Notes under the pieces: model-generated | What the model was told of the DNA's origin: nothing | Database searches by the model: none | The model's input: only the letters and a program-made list of their open reading frames with translations | Made by a program: the position numbers and the translations under genes | Part shown: piece after piece, positions 39,292 to 52,470 of the stretch | Layout: the number at the start of each line of letters is the position of its first letter | How positions within the stretch are numbered: position 1 is the first letter of the stretch | Origin: Octopus vulgaris | Lineage: Eukaryota | Reading direction: 5' to 3' | Length of the DNA: 64,000 nucleotides | Assembly (NCBI GenBank): GCA_951406725.2 | Contig: OX597816.1 | Span: 106,702,001 to 106,766,000, forward strand

Positions 39292-39462
39292 CACTAGCGT
39301 ACTGAGGGGGAGGAACAGTAGGGGCGGTCCGCCCCGTGCGACACTTTTAAAGGGGCGGTACTTTTGGGTTTGCTGTAGGCAATGTTTTTTTTTCTTTGTG
39401 GGGCCCGGGGGCGGCAAACGGAAGGGCTGTCCCGGGCGGCACACACTCTAACTACGCTAGTG
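39292..39462. mobile_element. hAT MITE, GC-rich, 171 bp
   Basis: TIRs CACTAGCGTA / TACGCTAGTG and 8-bp TSD TATGCACA/CATGCACA. Confidence 0.82.
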
Positions 39463-39494
39463 CATGCACATATACTCCCATCCAAGCTCTCTTA

Positions 39495-39895
39495 TCTTTT
39501 ACTTGTTACTTGTTTCAGTCATTGGATTGCGGCCATGCTGGGGTACAGCATTGAAGGGCTTACTCGAACATATCGACCTTTTATTCTAAGTCTTTTTTGC
39601 TGAACCGCTAAGTTACAGGGATGTAAACAAACTGACATTGGGTAGGACAAACACATACACAAAGATACACGCATATAAATACATATGTATATGTGTGTGT
39701 GGTGTATATATGTATATATACACTCCACACATACACACACACGATGGGGTCCTTTCAGTTTCCGTTCACCAAATCATAAGGAAATGGTCGGCTCGAGGCT
39801 ATAGCAGAAGACACTCGCCCAAGGTGTCACGCAGTGAGACTGAACCCAGAACCATGTGGTTGAGAAACAAGCTTTTTACCAGACAGCCACGTCTG
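39495..39895 (-). mobile_element. SINE family B
   Basis: TACTTGTTTCAGTCATTGGATTGCGGCCATGCTGG ... GACTGAACCCAGAACCATGTGGTTG. Confidence 0.83.
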
Positions 39896-40075
39896 TAATT
39901 TTATTTTAAATTAGCAGAAAGGGCAAAATACATTGTTGGGCAAAATACATTGTTGTATTTGCTCCGGCTCTTTATGTCTGAACTTTAAATCCCACCTCGA
40001 TCAACTCTGCTATTTTGCGAATTAACCTTCCATACAAAGTTGTGCACTGAGGTCGACACACGGATACACATGATA

Positions 40076-40398
40076 GTGGTTTCAAACTTTGGAATAAGGC
40101 CAGGAATTTTTAATGGAAAGAGCGTAACTCGATCACATTGACCCAGTACAGAAACTGATACATTATTTTATCGACCTCGAAGGGATGAAGGGCTAAGTTG
40201 ACCTCGGCAGGATTTACGTTCTGTCTTTACGTTCGGAGTTCAAATTCCGCCGAGGTCGACTCAGCCTTTCATCCTTTCGGGGTCGACAAATTAAGTACCA
40301 GTTACGCACTGGGGTCGATGTAATCGACCTAATCCCTTTGTCTGTACTTGTTTGTCCCCTCTATGTTTAGCCCCTTGTGGGCAATAAAGAAATAAGAT
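40076..40398. mobile_element. two SINE family A pieces in opposite orientation
   Basis: A minus piece to ~40215 is followed by a plus unit ending GCAATAAAGAAATAAG. Confidence 0.8.
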
Positions 40399-41226
40399 AG
40401 TATAGTCCAACATATATTAAGGACAATGGTAACAACTACTAACAATGGTAACACACACACACACACAAATACACACACAAGGAACCCCTCCCGGACTATG
40501 TGAATTAGAGGATGACCATGGAGGAATTTCAAAATAGCGTAGGGCACAGCATCAAATTGTAAAATGCACTTTAAATGAACCTCAACACTTAATAGGGTTT
40601 TCGGTGTTGTATTTGTTTTAATTTTTCAAAGTTACGGGATGATGTTTTTTTTTTATTATGCTCATTTTTGTGATTGGTGTTATTATATAATTAATGTGAT
40701 ATTTTACATCGCAGAGAAGTGTTCATAAACTACAAATAATAGTAAAAATTATGATTTTAAAATTCCTTGTATTTTTGTCTTCAGGGTTTGTTCCCTACAT
40801 CCCAGCTAGAATACTTTTCATTAGATATCATATGGCTGACCAGAAGCTAAGTTAAAACACATTTAAGCAAAATCAAACTCCATAGCGGTCAAAATTTTGC
40901 AAGTCCATACAAGAAGTTTAGCCCAATGCTCTCCACCCCCGCCGCCTCTTATAGTCACTTTGGTCATTTCGCTTCTATCACGTTATTCCAACTTAGATGC
41001 GAGGTGGATACTGAAGGTTGCTAACATATAAAAAGTGAAAGTGATTTTTTTTTTTTTCGATTACTTGGGAATTGATCTACGTATACCAACATGTGTATGC
41101 GCATACCACGCTCATACATTCACGCATATAAACTTACGTACATAAATACACACACATACACACACACACATATATACATGCACACACATATATATCATAT
41201 ATATACATACATACATATATATATAC

Positions 41227-41461
41227 ACACGCACACACACACATATATACATACATACATATATATACACACGCTCACACACACACACACATATACATAC
41301 ATACATATATATACACACGCTCACACACACACACACATATATACATACATACATATATATACACACGCTCACACACACACACATATATACATACATACAT
41401 ATATATACACACGCTCACACACACACACATATATACATACATACATATATATACACACGCT

Positions 41462-41490
<29 letters not shown>
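41227..41490. repeat. ~46-bp minisatellite built from microsatellites
   Basis: The CACACGCTC marker recurs with GCTC at ~41273, 41319, 41367, 41413 and 41459. Confidence 0.85.
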
Positions 41491-41520
<30 letters not shown>

Positions 41521-42219
41521 ATATACATATATATACATACACATACATACATTCCCTCCGTCCATCCATACATACACATATCAAAAATGCTAGTAAATAA
41601 ACAAAGGGACATAATACTTATAGCATTTAATGTTATTCATTCCAACACTAACAACTCTGATTGCACTTTAACATCGATATTTTCACCCACCCAGTGGCTT
41701 CGAGGATGTGATTATCTCGGAAATACTGATATCATTAGAGTAGTTAACCTAATCCGTCTTAATTTCTAAGACCACACAGTCAGGAAGCAAAAAGAAAAGA
41801 AAAGCATTTTCTCTTGCCCAAGTCGTTGAAGAGGTCACAGAATGCGTGACGAAAGAACTTTGACGGACAAATAAAATTAACAAAAAATAATACTAATAAA
41901 ACTAAGGCGAAAAGCATTTTCCTTTTCAACGTGTTAATTCATAAGGCGACGGATTCTTCAAGCCAAGCCAAGCTAACCGACATGCAAACCTTAGAGGGTT
42001 TAAGAACGGTTGCTTCTGACTGAACCCTTTGCAGAAGGTCTCTGAGGACTCTTATCCCCATGACCCTCCCGGCAATAGTGGGGCAGGGATGGATGAATGG
42101 ATTTTTATAGTCTGCTACGATGAGATTTACCAGTCCTATTTGCCTTTATATATAGTGGCCTTCCAACGATTCTTTGATTGGAGGAACTTCCCTGCTATTG
42201 CTCTTCATAAACATAGACA

Positions 42220-42900
42220 CTGGCATGACCGTGTGAGTTTCGGGTTCGGTCACACTGCAAGATATTGGGGCAAATATGGACTTTTTATAGGCCAAGGGTT
42301 GACCAATGGTTTGCGAGTAAATTAAGCAGATGGAAACTGCGTGGAAGCCTGCAATATATTTGTGTGTGCGCGTGCGCATAAATCCTCGTGGAATAAAATT
42401 TTTTAAAAACATATTACACATGGTGGAAAATTGATTTCCTACCATGTCTTATAATAATGATGAGAAAGTCATAAAAATTAAGAATTTCTATTTAAAAAAA
42501 AAACTTCATTTCAGGTTCCACGGTTAGGCAAATTTCATAGAGTAAGGCAATGCAGGCCTTGATGTTAGGCAAATTGGGACATGAGTATACATAATACAGA
42601 AATAAATTTTTTTTAATAAAAAAAATCTTAATTTTTATGACTTGCTCATCATTATTATCATAAGACATGGTAAGAAATCAATTTTCCACCATGTGTAAAT
42701 ATTTTTTAAAAAGTTTTATTGGGGGGGGGGTTACAAAAGGAAGCCTTTCCGTGCTCGTTTCTTGACCATCGGTGTAGGTTTGCTTACGTCCCATAATATA
42801 GCATGCCGGCAAAAAGGGAACTATTTCCTAGAACAAGTACCAGACTTAAAATAGGCCTAGGGAATTTGGATTAAATCCTTTAATGCTTTGCCCCAAGTAA
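42220..42900 (+). mobile_element. SINE family B, diverged, interrupted by a foldback element
   Basis: 5' half 42220-42360 and 3' half from ~42760 (TTGACCATCGGTGTAGGTTTGCTTACGTCCC). Confidence 0.65.
42392..42720. mobile_element. foldback/MITE with ~120-bp inverted arms nested in a SINE
   Basis: 42392-42512 is an imperfect inverted repeat of 42599-42720. It interrupts a family-B SINE. Confidence 0.75.
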
Positions 42901-43014
42901 AAAAAAAAAGCCTTTTCGTGGTAGATCGATCTGCTAGAAATAGTAGTCTAATATCTTTTAAATCACATCTTACATAAAAATAGGGTACGTTGTATCGTCC
43001 TTTAAAATATTACT

Positions 43015-43214
43015 CTTTTACTTTGCGGCCATGCTAGAGAACCATCTTTAGTCGAACTAATCGACCCCAGGACTCATTCTTTGTAAGCATAGAACTTATT
43101 CTATCAGTTTCTTTGGTTAACCATTTCTTTTACCGAACCGCTAAGTTACGAGGACGTAAACACACCAACATCGGTTGTCAAGCGATGGTGGGGAGGACAA
43201 ACACAGACGCACAA

Positions 43215-43246
<32 letters not shown>

Positions 43247-43403
43247 GATGGGCGTCTTTCAGTTTCCATCTACCAAATCAACTCACAAGGTTTTGGTCGG
43301 CCTGAGGCTATAGTAGAAGACACTTGGCCAAGGTGCCATGCAGTGGGACTGAACCCGGAACCATGTGGTTGGGAAGCAAGCTTCTTACCACACAGCCACT
43401 CCT
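43015..43403 (-). mobile_element. SINE family B
   Basis: GCAGTGGGACTGAACCCGGAACCATGTGGTTGGGAAGCAAGCTTCTTACCACACAGCCACTCCTG. Confidence 0.88.
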
Positions 43404-43917
43404 GGGGGCGATTAGAATTAATCAACAATATCTTAACGTCTTAAAAATGGTAGCATTGAAAATAAAATACAGAACGGTCTCAACTGGAATCATTTAGATT
43501 ATAAGTCTATTACATCAGAACAAAGTGGAGCTAAACAAATAAAATAAATAAAACATACATAGAAATAAACGCACACGCTCACACATATACGCACACACCT
43601 AAACCCATAAGAACAAAATACTTTGCATTCCAAGGGGTATTGAGTTCAGCCTTGAATTGTGAATTCCCTAATCATTTAATAAGGTATATATCTAATATTC
43701 CAACATAGCCACAGTCAAATGACTGAAACAAGTAGAAGAAATAAAAGAATGCCCGCTTTACGGAAGCACGTAACATGCATGCAATACTGCAACGCGAAAA
43801 AGATCTTAAATTGACTTCTATGTAACATAAGAAACCGTCGGGCAAGTAAGTTTCGGAATCTCACACGACAAAGTTTGGAATGACTTTGATCATTGGTCTG
43901 CTCAGTCAGAACTGACC

Positions 43918-44260
43918 CGTGGCTGTGTGGTAAGAAGTTTGCTTCCCAGCCACTTGGTTCCAGGTTCGGTCTAACTGCGTGGGCAAAATGTCTTCTACTA
44001 AAGCCTCGAGCCGACCAAAGCCTTGTGAGTGAATCTGGTAGATGGAAACTGGAAGAAACCCGTCGTATGCGTGTGTCCCACCACTGCTTGACAACAGGTT
44101 TCGGTGTTTACGTCCCCGTAACCTAGCGGTTCAACACAGGAGAACAATAAAGTACCAGACTTTCAAAAAAATAGCACTGGGGCCGATTCATTCGACTAGA
44201 AATTCTTCAAGGTCGTGGCCCCGCATGGCCACAGTCTAATGACTGAAACAAATAAAAGAC
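43918..44260 (+). mobile_element. SINE family B
   Basis: GTGGCTGTGTGGTAAGAAG...CCGACCAAAGCCTTGTGAGTG...ATGACTGAAACAAATAAAAGA. Confidence 0.85.
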
Positions 44261-44303
44261 AGAACGGTAAAAACAACAAAATTTACCGGTCAAGAGAATT
44301 TGT

Positions 44304-44342
<39 letters not shown>

Positions 44343-44399
44343 TGGTCATAACCTATGCAGGTCGTCATACCTGAATGGTAGTTTTGTTGCTGATATTGT

Positions 44400-45240
44400 T
44401 TAACACCGAACTAGCTCCGATCGAACAGACCCTAATCAATTAAGCCAGATTAAGCATTACCTAATATTTCCTTTTCTATTTTTCTTAAGACAGTAAGCTT
44501 CGTGATTTGAGGGAGAATTAGCTGCTATTTCTAGCAAGAGGAGCGACTCCGAAGAGATTCCCTCGTTGACACGATATTGTTTAGTCTCATGTCAGTCAGC
44601 CCTGATCGCGCAGATCCATTATCAAATGCATTCCAGCCATGACCATCCATTCATTATGAGGACCACTACACTATCTTTGGGCGTCCTGATATAGATATAG
44701 TTAGATACACTATCTTAATGTACTTCACATTTTTAAGAGAGGAGGCTGTCATTTGAAAGATTTGGTTGCTATTTCTCGCAAGACGAGCGACCATATTGAA
44801 GTTTCCTAGTCGCTGTTACTTAGACACAGGACGTAGCAGAGCTAGCAAAATCGTAAGCATACCGGACAATATGCTTAGCGGCATTTCTTCCGGCCTTAAC
44901 GTTCTGAGTTCGAATGCCACCGAGCTCGACTTTGCTTTTCTTCCTTCTGGAGTCGATAGAATAAAATATGTTAAGCACTGAAATCGGTGTAATCGTCTAA
45001 CTCCCCGGCATTGTACCCATATTAGAAAGGATAATTTAGCGACGGACTGCTCTGGAAAGACAGACCTATGATCAATGGATATTCCAACCGAGGCTATCAC
45101 CTCTTTTCCCTATATGAAAGGAAACCAGACCACATTAATCAACGCTCTTTGCTGTAGACGGTAGTGTGTATGTGTGTGTGTGATATGGGGACGATTTGGT
45201 TGATATTTCTAACAGAGTGTATAACCACATAGTGGCACGC
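44400..45240 (+). repeat. cluster of an abundant old dispersed repeat (family D)
   Basis: Recurring GATTTGG(C/T)TGCTATTTCT(A)GCA.G..GAGCGACC and CAGACCTATGATCAA blocks. Other copies lie near 2500, 11180, 13490, 27180, 33420, 34860, 36350, 37800, 42930, 45990, 46670 and 62990. Confidence 0.7.
44836..45035 (+). mobile_element. SINE family A
   Basis: GAGCTAGCAAAATCGTAAGCAT...GTTCTGAGTTCGAATGCCACCGAG. Confidence 0.78.
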
Positions 45241-45421
45241 TCCCCCATCGTTCCAGTAAGGTGAGGTAAATGCAAACGATTTTTTTCCTTAACTTATTGC
45301 AGGATCATGGATTGGAGCGAGGGATTCTCTACGGATTGAGGTTCTGGGGAAGCACGGATTAGGCGATGTGCTTGTCGAAAGTCAGTTACAGTTGGATGGC
45401 AAGTAGATGAAGCAAGGTGTC

Positions 45422-45477
<56 letters not shown>

Positions 45478-46996
45478 GGGAAGGAATGTGTTGAAGAATA
45501 TGTGAGTATATATGAATGGATGTGTGGAGGGGAAAGTGTGAATGTATGATTGTGTGCGAAAATGTGAACAAAAACTGTTTGAATGTTATGGGTATGCGTG
45601 AGAATGTATATGCATGGTAATGCATGTGTGAATGTATAAGTGTATATATGTGTGCACGTATGTATATACGAATAAGTGTGTGATTGCGTATCTGTGATTG
45701 TATGACTGTGTGCGTGTCTGCGGGTGGTATAATAGTTTCGATATTCGTGTTACGTGTGCAATATAAAAAGCTTCATTTTAAGGGTTCAGATTAAAATTTA
45801 AGGGTTCAGATTAAAAATTTTAGGTTAACAGCGTTTAAGGTTAGCTGTCACAGTTAGAGGTAGTAAATGTTTTCACGAAGGGATATTTTGTTTACTAACA
45901 ATATTTATTTTTCTCAATGTACAATAAACACACGGACAAGTTGATAGTGCGTTTACCCGACGTAATTTCTTTACCGTTAGTAGCTCGACCCGACAGAACA
46001 AGCAGTCAAATCTCCCCTCAAATGTCATCCTACCGTTTTAAAATAGAAAGGATAGTATGGGGTAATGTAGTCTTCCATATACAAGGTGAGGTGGTTATGA
46101 CTGGAATGCCTTTGATCAAAAGTTCTGCTCGATCATATTTGACCTGGGGCTAAACAAGAAAAACAGAAGGACGTTGTGTAACGTAGTCCCAAAAGATGAG
46201 ATGGCTACGGTTGGAATGCTTTTCATCCATAAGGTCTGCTAAATTAAATAATCGAAAAAGGAGCTGCGTTTCGTGTCACGCCACCGACACTGCATTTGTG
46301 TCTCTGACGTTCAGACTACTTTCGCTGAATCATCTACCCAACTGTAAATAGGTACCATGCTGCGTCGTGTATATGGTTCCTCACTGCATCACAGCGAGAT
46401 AACATCATTCATGAATGCCTGTTTGTTTTTTCCTCGTTATTTACAAAGCAGGGTGCCGGAGCACTCATTCCAGCGTATCAACCGAAATCTTCGGTGGTTT
46501 ATGGCCCACCAACATGATGTTTGGATATATAAGGAAAGAATTTTAATAAGGAGGGTTATAAGTATCGCAAGTTGCAGCAGCTTGGAATTGAAACCAAGTC
46601 TTATACTTCTCTACTCCTCACAGCTCACCAATATCTAATGTGGAAACCACTTTGTAGTCGTCAAATCTGCTAGAAATAACAGCCAAATCGCCAGGAAATA
46701 AACTACCGTCTTGAATAAGGAAAAAACTTAGACAATGTAATTCTAAAAAGATGGAATGGTGATGGTTAAAATTGCGCCTTTACATACATCTTGCTCGATT
46801 AGGGCTGACCTGGGGCCAAACAATAACACTGGCTTCTCAATGCAACTGTATGTACAAGCTTTGCAGACAGAAAAACTAAAGAAGCCTTAGGAATTGTTTG
46901 TAACAGAACAGAAAACAGTGTAATGATACGTTCACATTGATGGATTAATTTACAGGCAGATAAAACACACACACAAACATACACACACATTTCATA

Positions 46997-47030
<34 letters not shown>

Positions 47031-47652
47031 AATATATATATTATTAATATCTAGCAGACGTAACAGAGTGACTCGAGGTCCAACGTACGGACCTTGAGTT
47101 ACTCTTGTTACTTAGGCTAAATATTAATAAAAATATACATATTCCCATATTTTGAGGTCTATTTTCCCTATTTGCCTCAACATAACTATATATGTATATA
47201 TACATATATATGTGTATATATATTGAACAGTATACGTAAGCGCTTTCGTAAACACACGGCTAAATAGTAAACTCTCGATACAACTATGTATACAAAAAGG
47301 TAGCAACAAGAGTTTGAAAGGTATTTAGCTAATTTGAACTGAATGCGAATAAAATGAAAATATCAGCAACATATGTATCCTTACAGAATAATACATGGAT
47401 TATGTACATATTTTATATGTATCTTTTGTGTTCTTTTACTAACCGTGTATATAGATACAAACGCTTCACAACACCCTCCTCTTTCATATTGAACACAACA
47501 ACGATATGTAAATATCCGGATTTCACTGACACACCACTCACTTTTGCTGTGACGTGTGTGTATGTGTTTATGAGTGTATATATGTGTGTATTAAAATAAA
47601 TATATACATAATATATAGATACACAATACATAGTCTGCTATATCATAGATAC

Positions 47653-47705
<53 letters not shown>

Positions 47706-48950
47706 TAGATAGATAGATAGATATAGATATAGATATATCATACGTGTGTTTGTGTGTGTATGTATGTGTGTGTTTTGTAAAGTTGAAACAAAGATTAAAA
47801 TCAACTTACCAGCAAACAAATGGCCAACAACAACGAATACATTTTTTTTTCGTTTTGTTTTCGCTTTGTTGTTTGTTCTTATTAAGGACGTATTATTTCT
47901 TTTTAAGAGTGCTCCGTGTTCGTTCGGGTAGGTGTGTAACAGAGGTATGTATGTGTGTGTACAGAGTTGATCTGTTTCAAAAGCTGGGACTTTCTGCACC
48001 GGTGGAAATTGTCCCAGTCTTGACTTCACGGCTTAGTGAAGAAAGAAACCAACACTACGTTTGTACATATGTTTGTATGCCTCATATTATATATGTTATG
48101 TATAATATATACACGTCTGTAAGTATGCGTTATAGCTTTGTATACAGGCATGTATTAACGTATATTATTAACCATTAAAGGTTGTTGTGTTATTGTTATT
48201 ATTTGCTTCTTATTCTCCTTTTTTATTTTTACCCCCTTTTTCTGTTTTTTTTTAATCCCCTTTTCCCCCCCTCGAAAAAGTGAAGCTAAACCTCTAGCGG
48301 CAATAAAGTTTGCCCAGGAAAGAAATGAAAGCGCAGCCGACCCAAAACTCTCCCTCCTCAATGACTAGGCGGAGAGATAACGACAGACTGACAGGAACAG
48401 ACAGAAATATATACGGAGAGAGAGAAACACACATAGAAAACAAGAGAGAGAGAGAGAGAGAGAGAGAGGCGCTTTGAGAAAGACAGAAAGAAACAGCTAG
48501 ATTCAAAGAGATTGAGCGATAGATAGATAAAAACTAAGAGAGAAAGATAGATAGAGAGAGTAAAAGTGAATAAGAGAGTGTGTAGAAGAGAGTACTTTTA
48601 TTTCTTTAGCCGTTTATGACTTTTATTTATTTTTATTTTTTTCACAACACACCGCAAACTATTCTCTTCTCGTCTCTTCGCTTCTCTCAAACTCTTTCAT
48701 CTAATGTTTTTTTCTCTTTCTCTTTCTTGTTTGTTTCCTTCCGCTCTTTCTACTTTCTTCCACTCTTTCTATTGCACATTTTCCTTTGCGATCTCCCTTA
48801 TACACACACACACACACACACAAACACGCCGCGCACACACAAACGCACATACACACAATCTTTATTAGCTGGAAATTTTAGAGTTACTCAAGAACCTAGA
48901 GTTTCATTCCAAGTCCACCACCACATGCGTGCGTAGATACATGGTGTATT

Positions 48951-49020
<70 letters not shown>

Positions 49021-49149
49021 CACACACACACACACATATGCATTTATGAATGGATGCATGTATGTATATATTCAGGTATGTGTGTGTGTGTGTGTTTATG
49101 TATATTTTGCTTCACAGCTCTTACCTCGTTTAAAAATCTAACTGTACGA

Positions 49150-49475
49150 TGCAGGCATGGCTGTGTGGTAAATAAGTTCGCTTTACAACATCTGGGTTTC
49201 ATGTTCAATCCCAGAGCCCGTGATACCAAGGGATGAGATTCTTCTTATGCCTTATGAATGAAATTTGGTAGAACGGAAATGGTAACGAAATCGGACCTAC
49301 ATATATATATATATATACATATGTATTACGTGTACGCATGTATGTATTGTTTGTGTAAACATATGTGCATGTCTATGCTTATTTTGTTTATACCCCGTAA
49401 CTTAGCAGTTGGGCGGGCCACTAGAACCGATAGCATAATCACTAGATTTGAAAATAAGTACCGGTGTCCAAGCAT
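49150..49475 (+). mobile_element. SINE family B, diverged
   Basis: GCAGGCATGGCTGTGTGGTAA...CCCCGTAACTTAGCAGTT. Confidence 0.72.
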
Positions 49476-49532
49476 AGCTCCAGCCCAGAGCCTGGCGCTA
49501 GAAAAAGAACAATAGCCATGTAACTATGCACG

Positions 49533-49698
49533 TGCTGTTGGTGATATATTTCCTTCTCTGAACTTTTCTGTTTTCCTTTCCTGATGAAGAGCTATGCTCG
49601 AAACGTCAAAAGCTCTCTCTTTTTACCGAGCGTCAAACCAATACATTCCATGTGCACGTCCTCTTGTTTTGTTATTGTTAGTTTTAATGTTCGATTTG

Positions 49699-49700
<2 letters not shown>
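49533..49700 (+). mobile_element. probable Penelope-like fragment carrying the hammerhead motif
   Basis: Homologous to 14516-14660 (GCTGTTGGTGAT...GAAGAG..ATG.TCGAAACGTCAAAA...GAGCGTCAAAC...TGTGCACGTCC). Confidence 0.5.
49575..49613 (+). ncRNA. minimal hammerhead ribozyme-like motif
   Basis: CTGATGA-A-GAGC-TAT-GCTC-GAAA-CG-TC has an intact core, a 4-bp stem II and a minimal stem III. Stem I is weak. Confidence 0.55.
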
Positions 49701-49738
<38 letters not shown>

Positions 49739-50108
49739 CATATATGTTTGTGTGTGTGTATGTGTGTGTAATCCTTACCACCGCTTGACAATCGGTGTTG
49801 GTATATTTATGTCTCCGCAACTTAGCGGTTCGGCAGAAGAGACCGATAGATTAAGTACCAGACTTCAAAAAATAAGTACCGAGATCGATCTGTTCCACTA
49901 AATCCTTCAATTGAATTTCTGGATTGCTTAACAATTTCTGTCAACGAAATGTGAGTCATAAGTGTTGGGTTGGCCCGAAGTTATCGTAAGGGGTGGACTC
50001 GAACTCGAGGTCTCATAGTGGCAAAAAGAACTCCTTAATCGCTCAGACTTACTTGCGCTCGCGTGCACACACACACATACACACACACACAAGCGCGCAC
50101 ATACACAT

Positions 50109-50172
<64 letters not shown>

Positions 50173-50424
50173 GGGAGAGAGCGATAGGCATGATTAATCT
50201 GTAGAGCAAATAGAGTGTATTTATATTTGTGATATTTGAACTGTTTCTGTATCTCAACAGACTTTCTTTACAGTCCCGCTAATGAAGTTATCACATGTCC
50301 ATATACTTCTATGAAAGACCGACTGCTAGAAATACGATTGTGTTGATGAAGGTATAGATATACTATGTGTTTATTTGAATATGTTGCTTCAACTGTCACT
50401 TCGTCATGACTGTATGCATTCTTT

Positions 50425-50818
<394 letters not shown>

Positions 50819-50980
50819 ACACATACACTCACACACCTATATGTGTTTGGAAAGAGAGGGAGAAAAGAAATATGTGTATGCTAACATGCATTAATAGATA
50901 TGGATGTGTATGTATAGATATATATATATGTATATATGTGTGTGTATACAGATATATATATATATAAATGTGCATACATA

Positions 50981-51065
<85 letters not shown>

Positions 51066-51075
51066 GGGGTTAGCA

Positions 51076-51739
51076 TTGAGGCGAGTCAAAAGTTTTGCAA
51101 TATTTGCATACGTGCTCGTTTGTTACCTTTATATCACGTGACTGAAGCCGTTGAAGGTACCCGCTGAGGTTGCAAGAACCTCGGCAATCAGGCAATGTCA
51201 GGTGGGCCTAAAACTGTGGTTTCCGAGGCCGTGCTCCAAGCCATAGAAACAAATCCAGCACTAACACTCGGGGAGTATCAGGCGAGCTCGGCATCTCACG
51301 CATGTATCTCACTGTGCGGCAAAAACAAACGGCATTGTTTAACAGAAATTGAGTTCTTCAACAGTAAGACAACGCAGGACTTTATACTGCTCCAGCAACC
51401 CAGAATAAACTCCAGGAGCTTGAGAGAATCGAACTGATGCCTCACCTTGCATATAGTCCGGACCTAGTTCCCAACGATTATTATCTGCTCCAATCCTTGG
51501 CTCACCTCCTGCACTCGCGACGCTTCATCAATGAAGAGGAGATGCAAGCTTGAGTGAATGAGTTCTTCGCCATGAAGGACAAGAACTGGTATCAGCATAG
51601 GATCAAAGAACTGGAAGAAAGGTGGCTTCAGCCGGTGAAACGCAATAGCCTCTTCACTGAATGCGAGACTGCTTTTGTTGTAACGATCCATAAAACTAAT
51701 AAGTTAACATAATATTGCAAAATTTTCGACTTAACGCAA
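51076..51739 (+). mobile_element. mariner transposon relic, internally deleted, MARNA-like
   Basis: Imperfect ~29-bp TIRs TTGAGGCGAGTCAAAAGTTTTGCAATATT / AATATTGCAAAATTTTCGACTTAACGCAA, with TA on the right. Translated remnants GCKNLGNQAMSGGPKTVVSEAVLQAIETNP and DNAGLYTA...PHLAYSPDLVPNDYY...KELEERW include the mariner YSPDL motif. Confidence 0.9.
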
Positions 51740-51750
51740 TATATATATAT

Positions 51751-52213
51751 ATGAGATGTCTGAGGGCTATGGTTGGTGTGACATGGATGGAGAGGATTAG
51801 GAATGAGGAGGTGCGAAGGCGAGCAGGAATGAGAGAAAAACTAACAACCAAAATGGATAGACGAATGTTGAGGTGGTTTGGCCACATGGAGTGGATGGAT
51901 GGAGTGAGGAAAGCTTTAGTGGCTAGAGGTGTTAGTGAGAGAGACAAGAGAGTTTATAAATGGTAGGAAAGCTTGGAGAGTGTTTGTGGACGGATGAGTG
52001 AGTTTGATGTTGCTCAAAGGGGTACGGAACTAGGATGATGCAGCGGAATTAAACCAGTATATACTGTCGGGCCCCATTACTGATATTGGGGGTTGCGTAC
52101 TATGCTTTGACCCGAGCATAGAACAGGGCTCGCCTCTTTGAGCTGAGAAATTAATGGAATGCCTGGTATGTCTTGTTGTGGTCACCCCTCCTACAAGAAT
52201 GGGAAATAGGCCT

Positions 52214-52216
<3 letters not shown>
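51751..52216 (+). mobile_element. RTE-clade LINE 3' fragment (ORF C-terminus plus 3' UTR) in a (TA)n tract
   Basis: MRCLRAMVGVTWMERIRNEEVRRRAG...LRWFGHME matches the conserved post-RT region of RTE elements. (TA)n flanks both sides. Confidence 0.85.
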
Positions 52217-52254
<38 letters not shown>

Positions 52255-52259
<5 letters not shown>

Positions 52260-52470
52260 GCGTCAAGTATGAAATTTGTAGAAAAGAAAAAAAAGTTTGT
52301 TAATGTTTTATAAATACAAGGAATAGTTTTATTCATCAAAGTGTGCACCCATATTGTGATTACACTTTTGCCATTTCAGTGGTAGCTTGTCCAGCCCGGA
52401 ACTGTAAAATCCTGGCAATCTAGAGTCAATAAAATCTTGGAAGGCCTGTTTTACAGGCTCAATGGACCAA
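52255..52470 (-). mobile_element. mariner transposase C-terminal fragment (second family)
   Basis: Minus-strand 52457-52329 translates as PVKQAFQDFIDSRLPGFYSSGLDKLPLKWQKCNHNMGAHFDE*, typical of the mariner C-terminus. Confidence 0.8.

Noticed and set aside
45285-45362. Polypyrimidine-TGCAG acceptor followed by a short GC-rich frame
   Set aside because: The frame closes after ~20 codons with no recognisable product or clear donor.
45777-45870. Telomere-like TTAAGG/TTAGG motifs
   Set aside because: A 20-bp tandem duplication plus scattered degenerate hexamers, not a (TTAGGG)n array.
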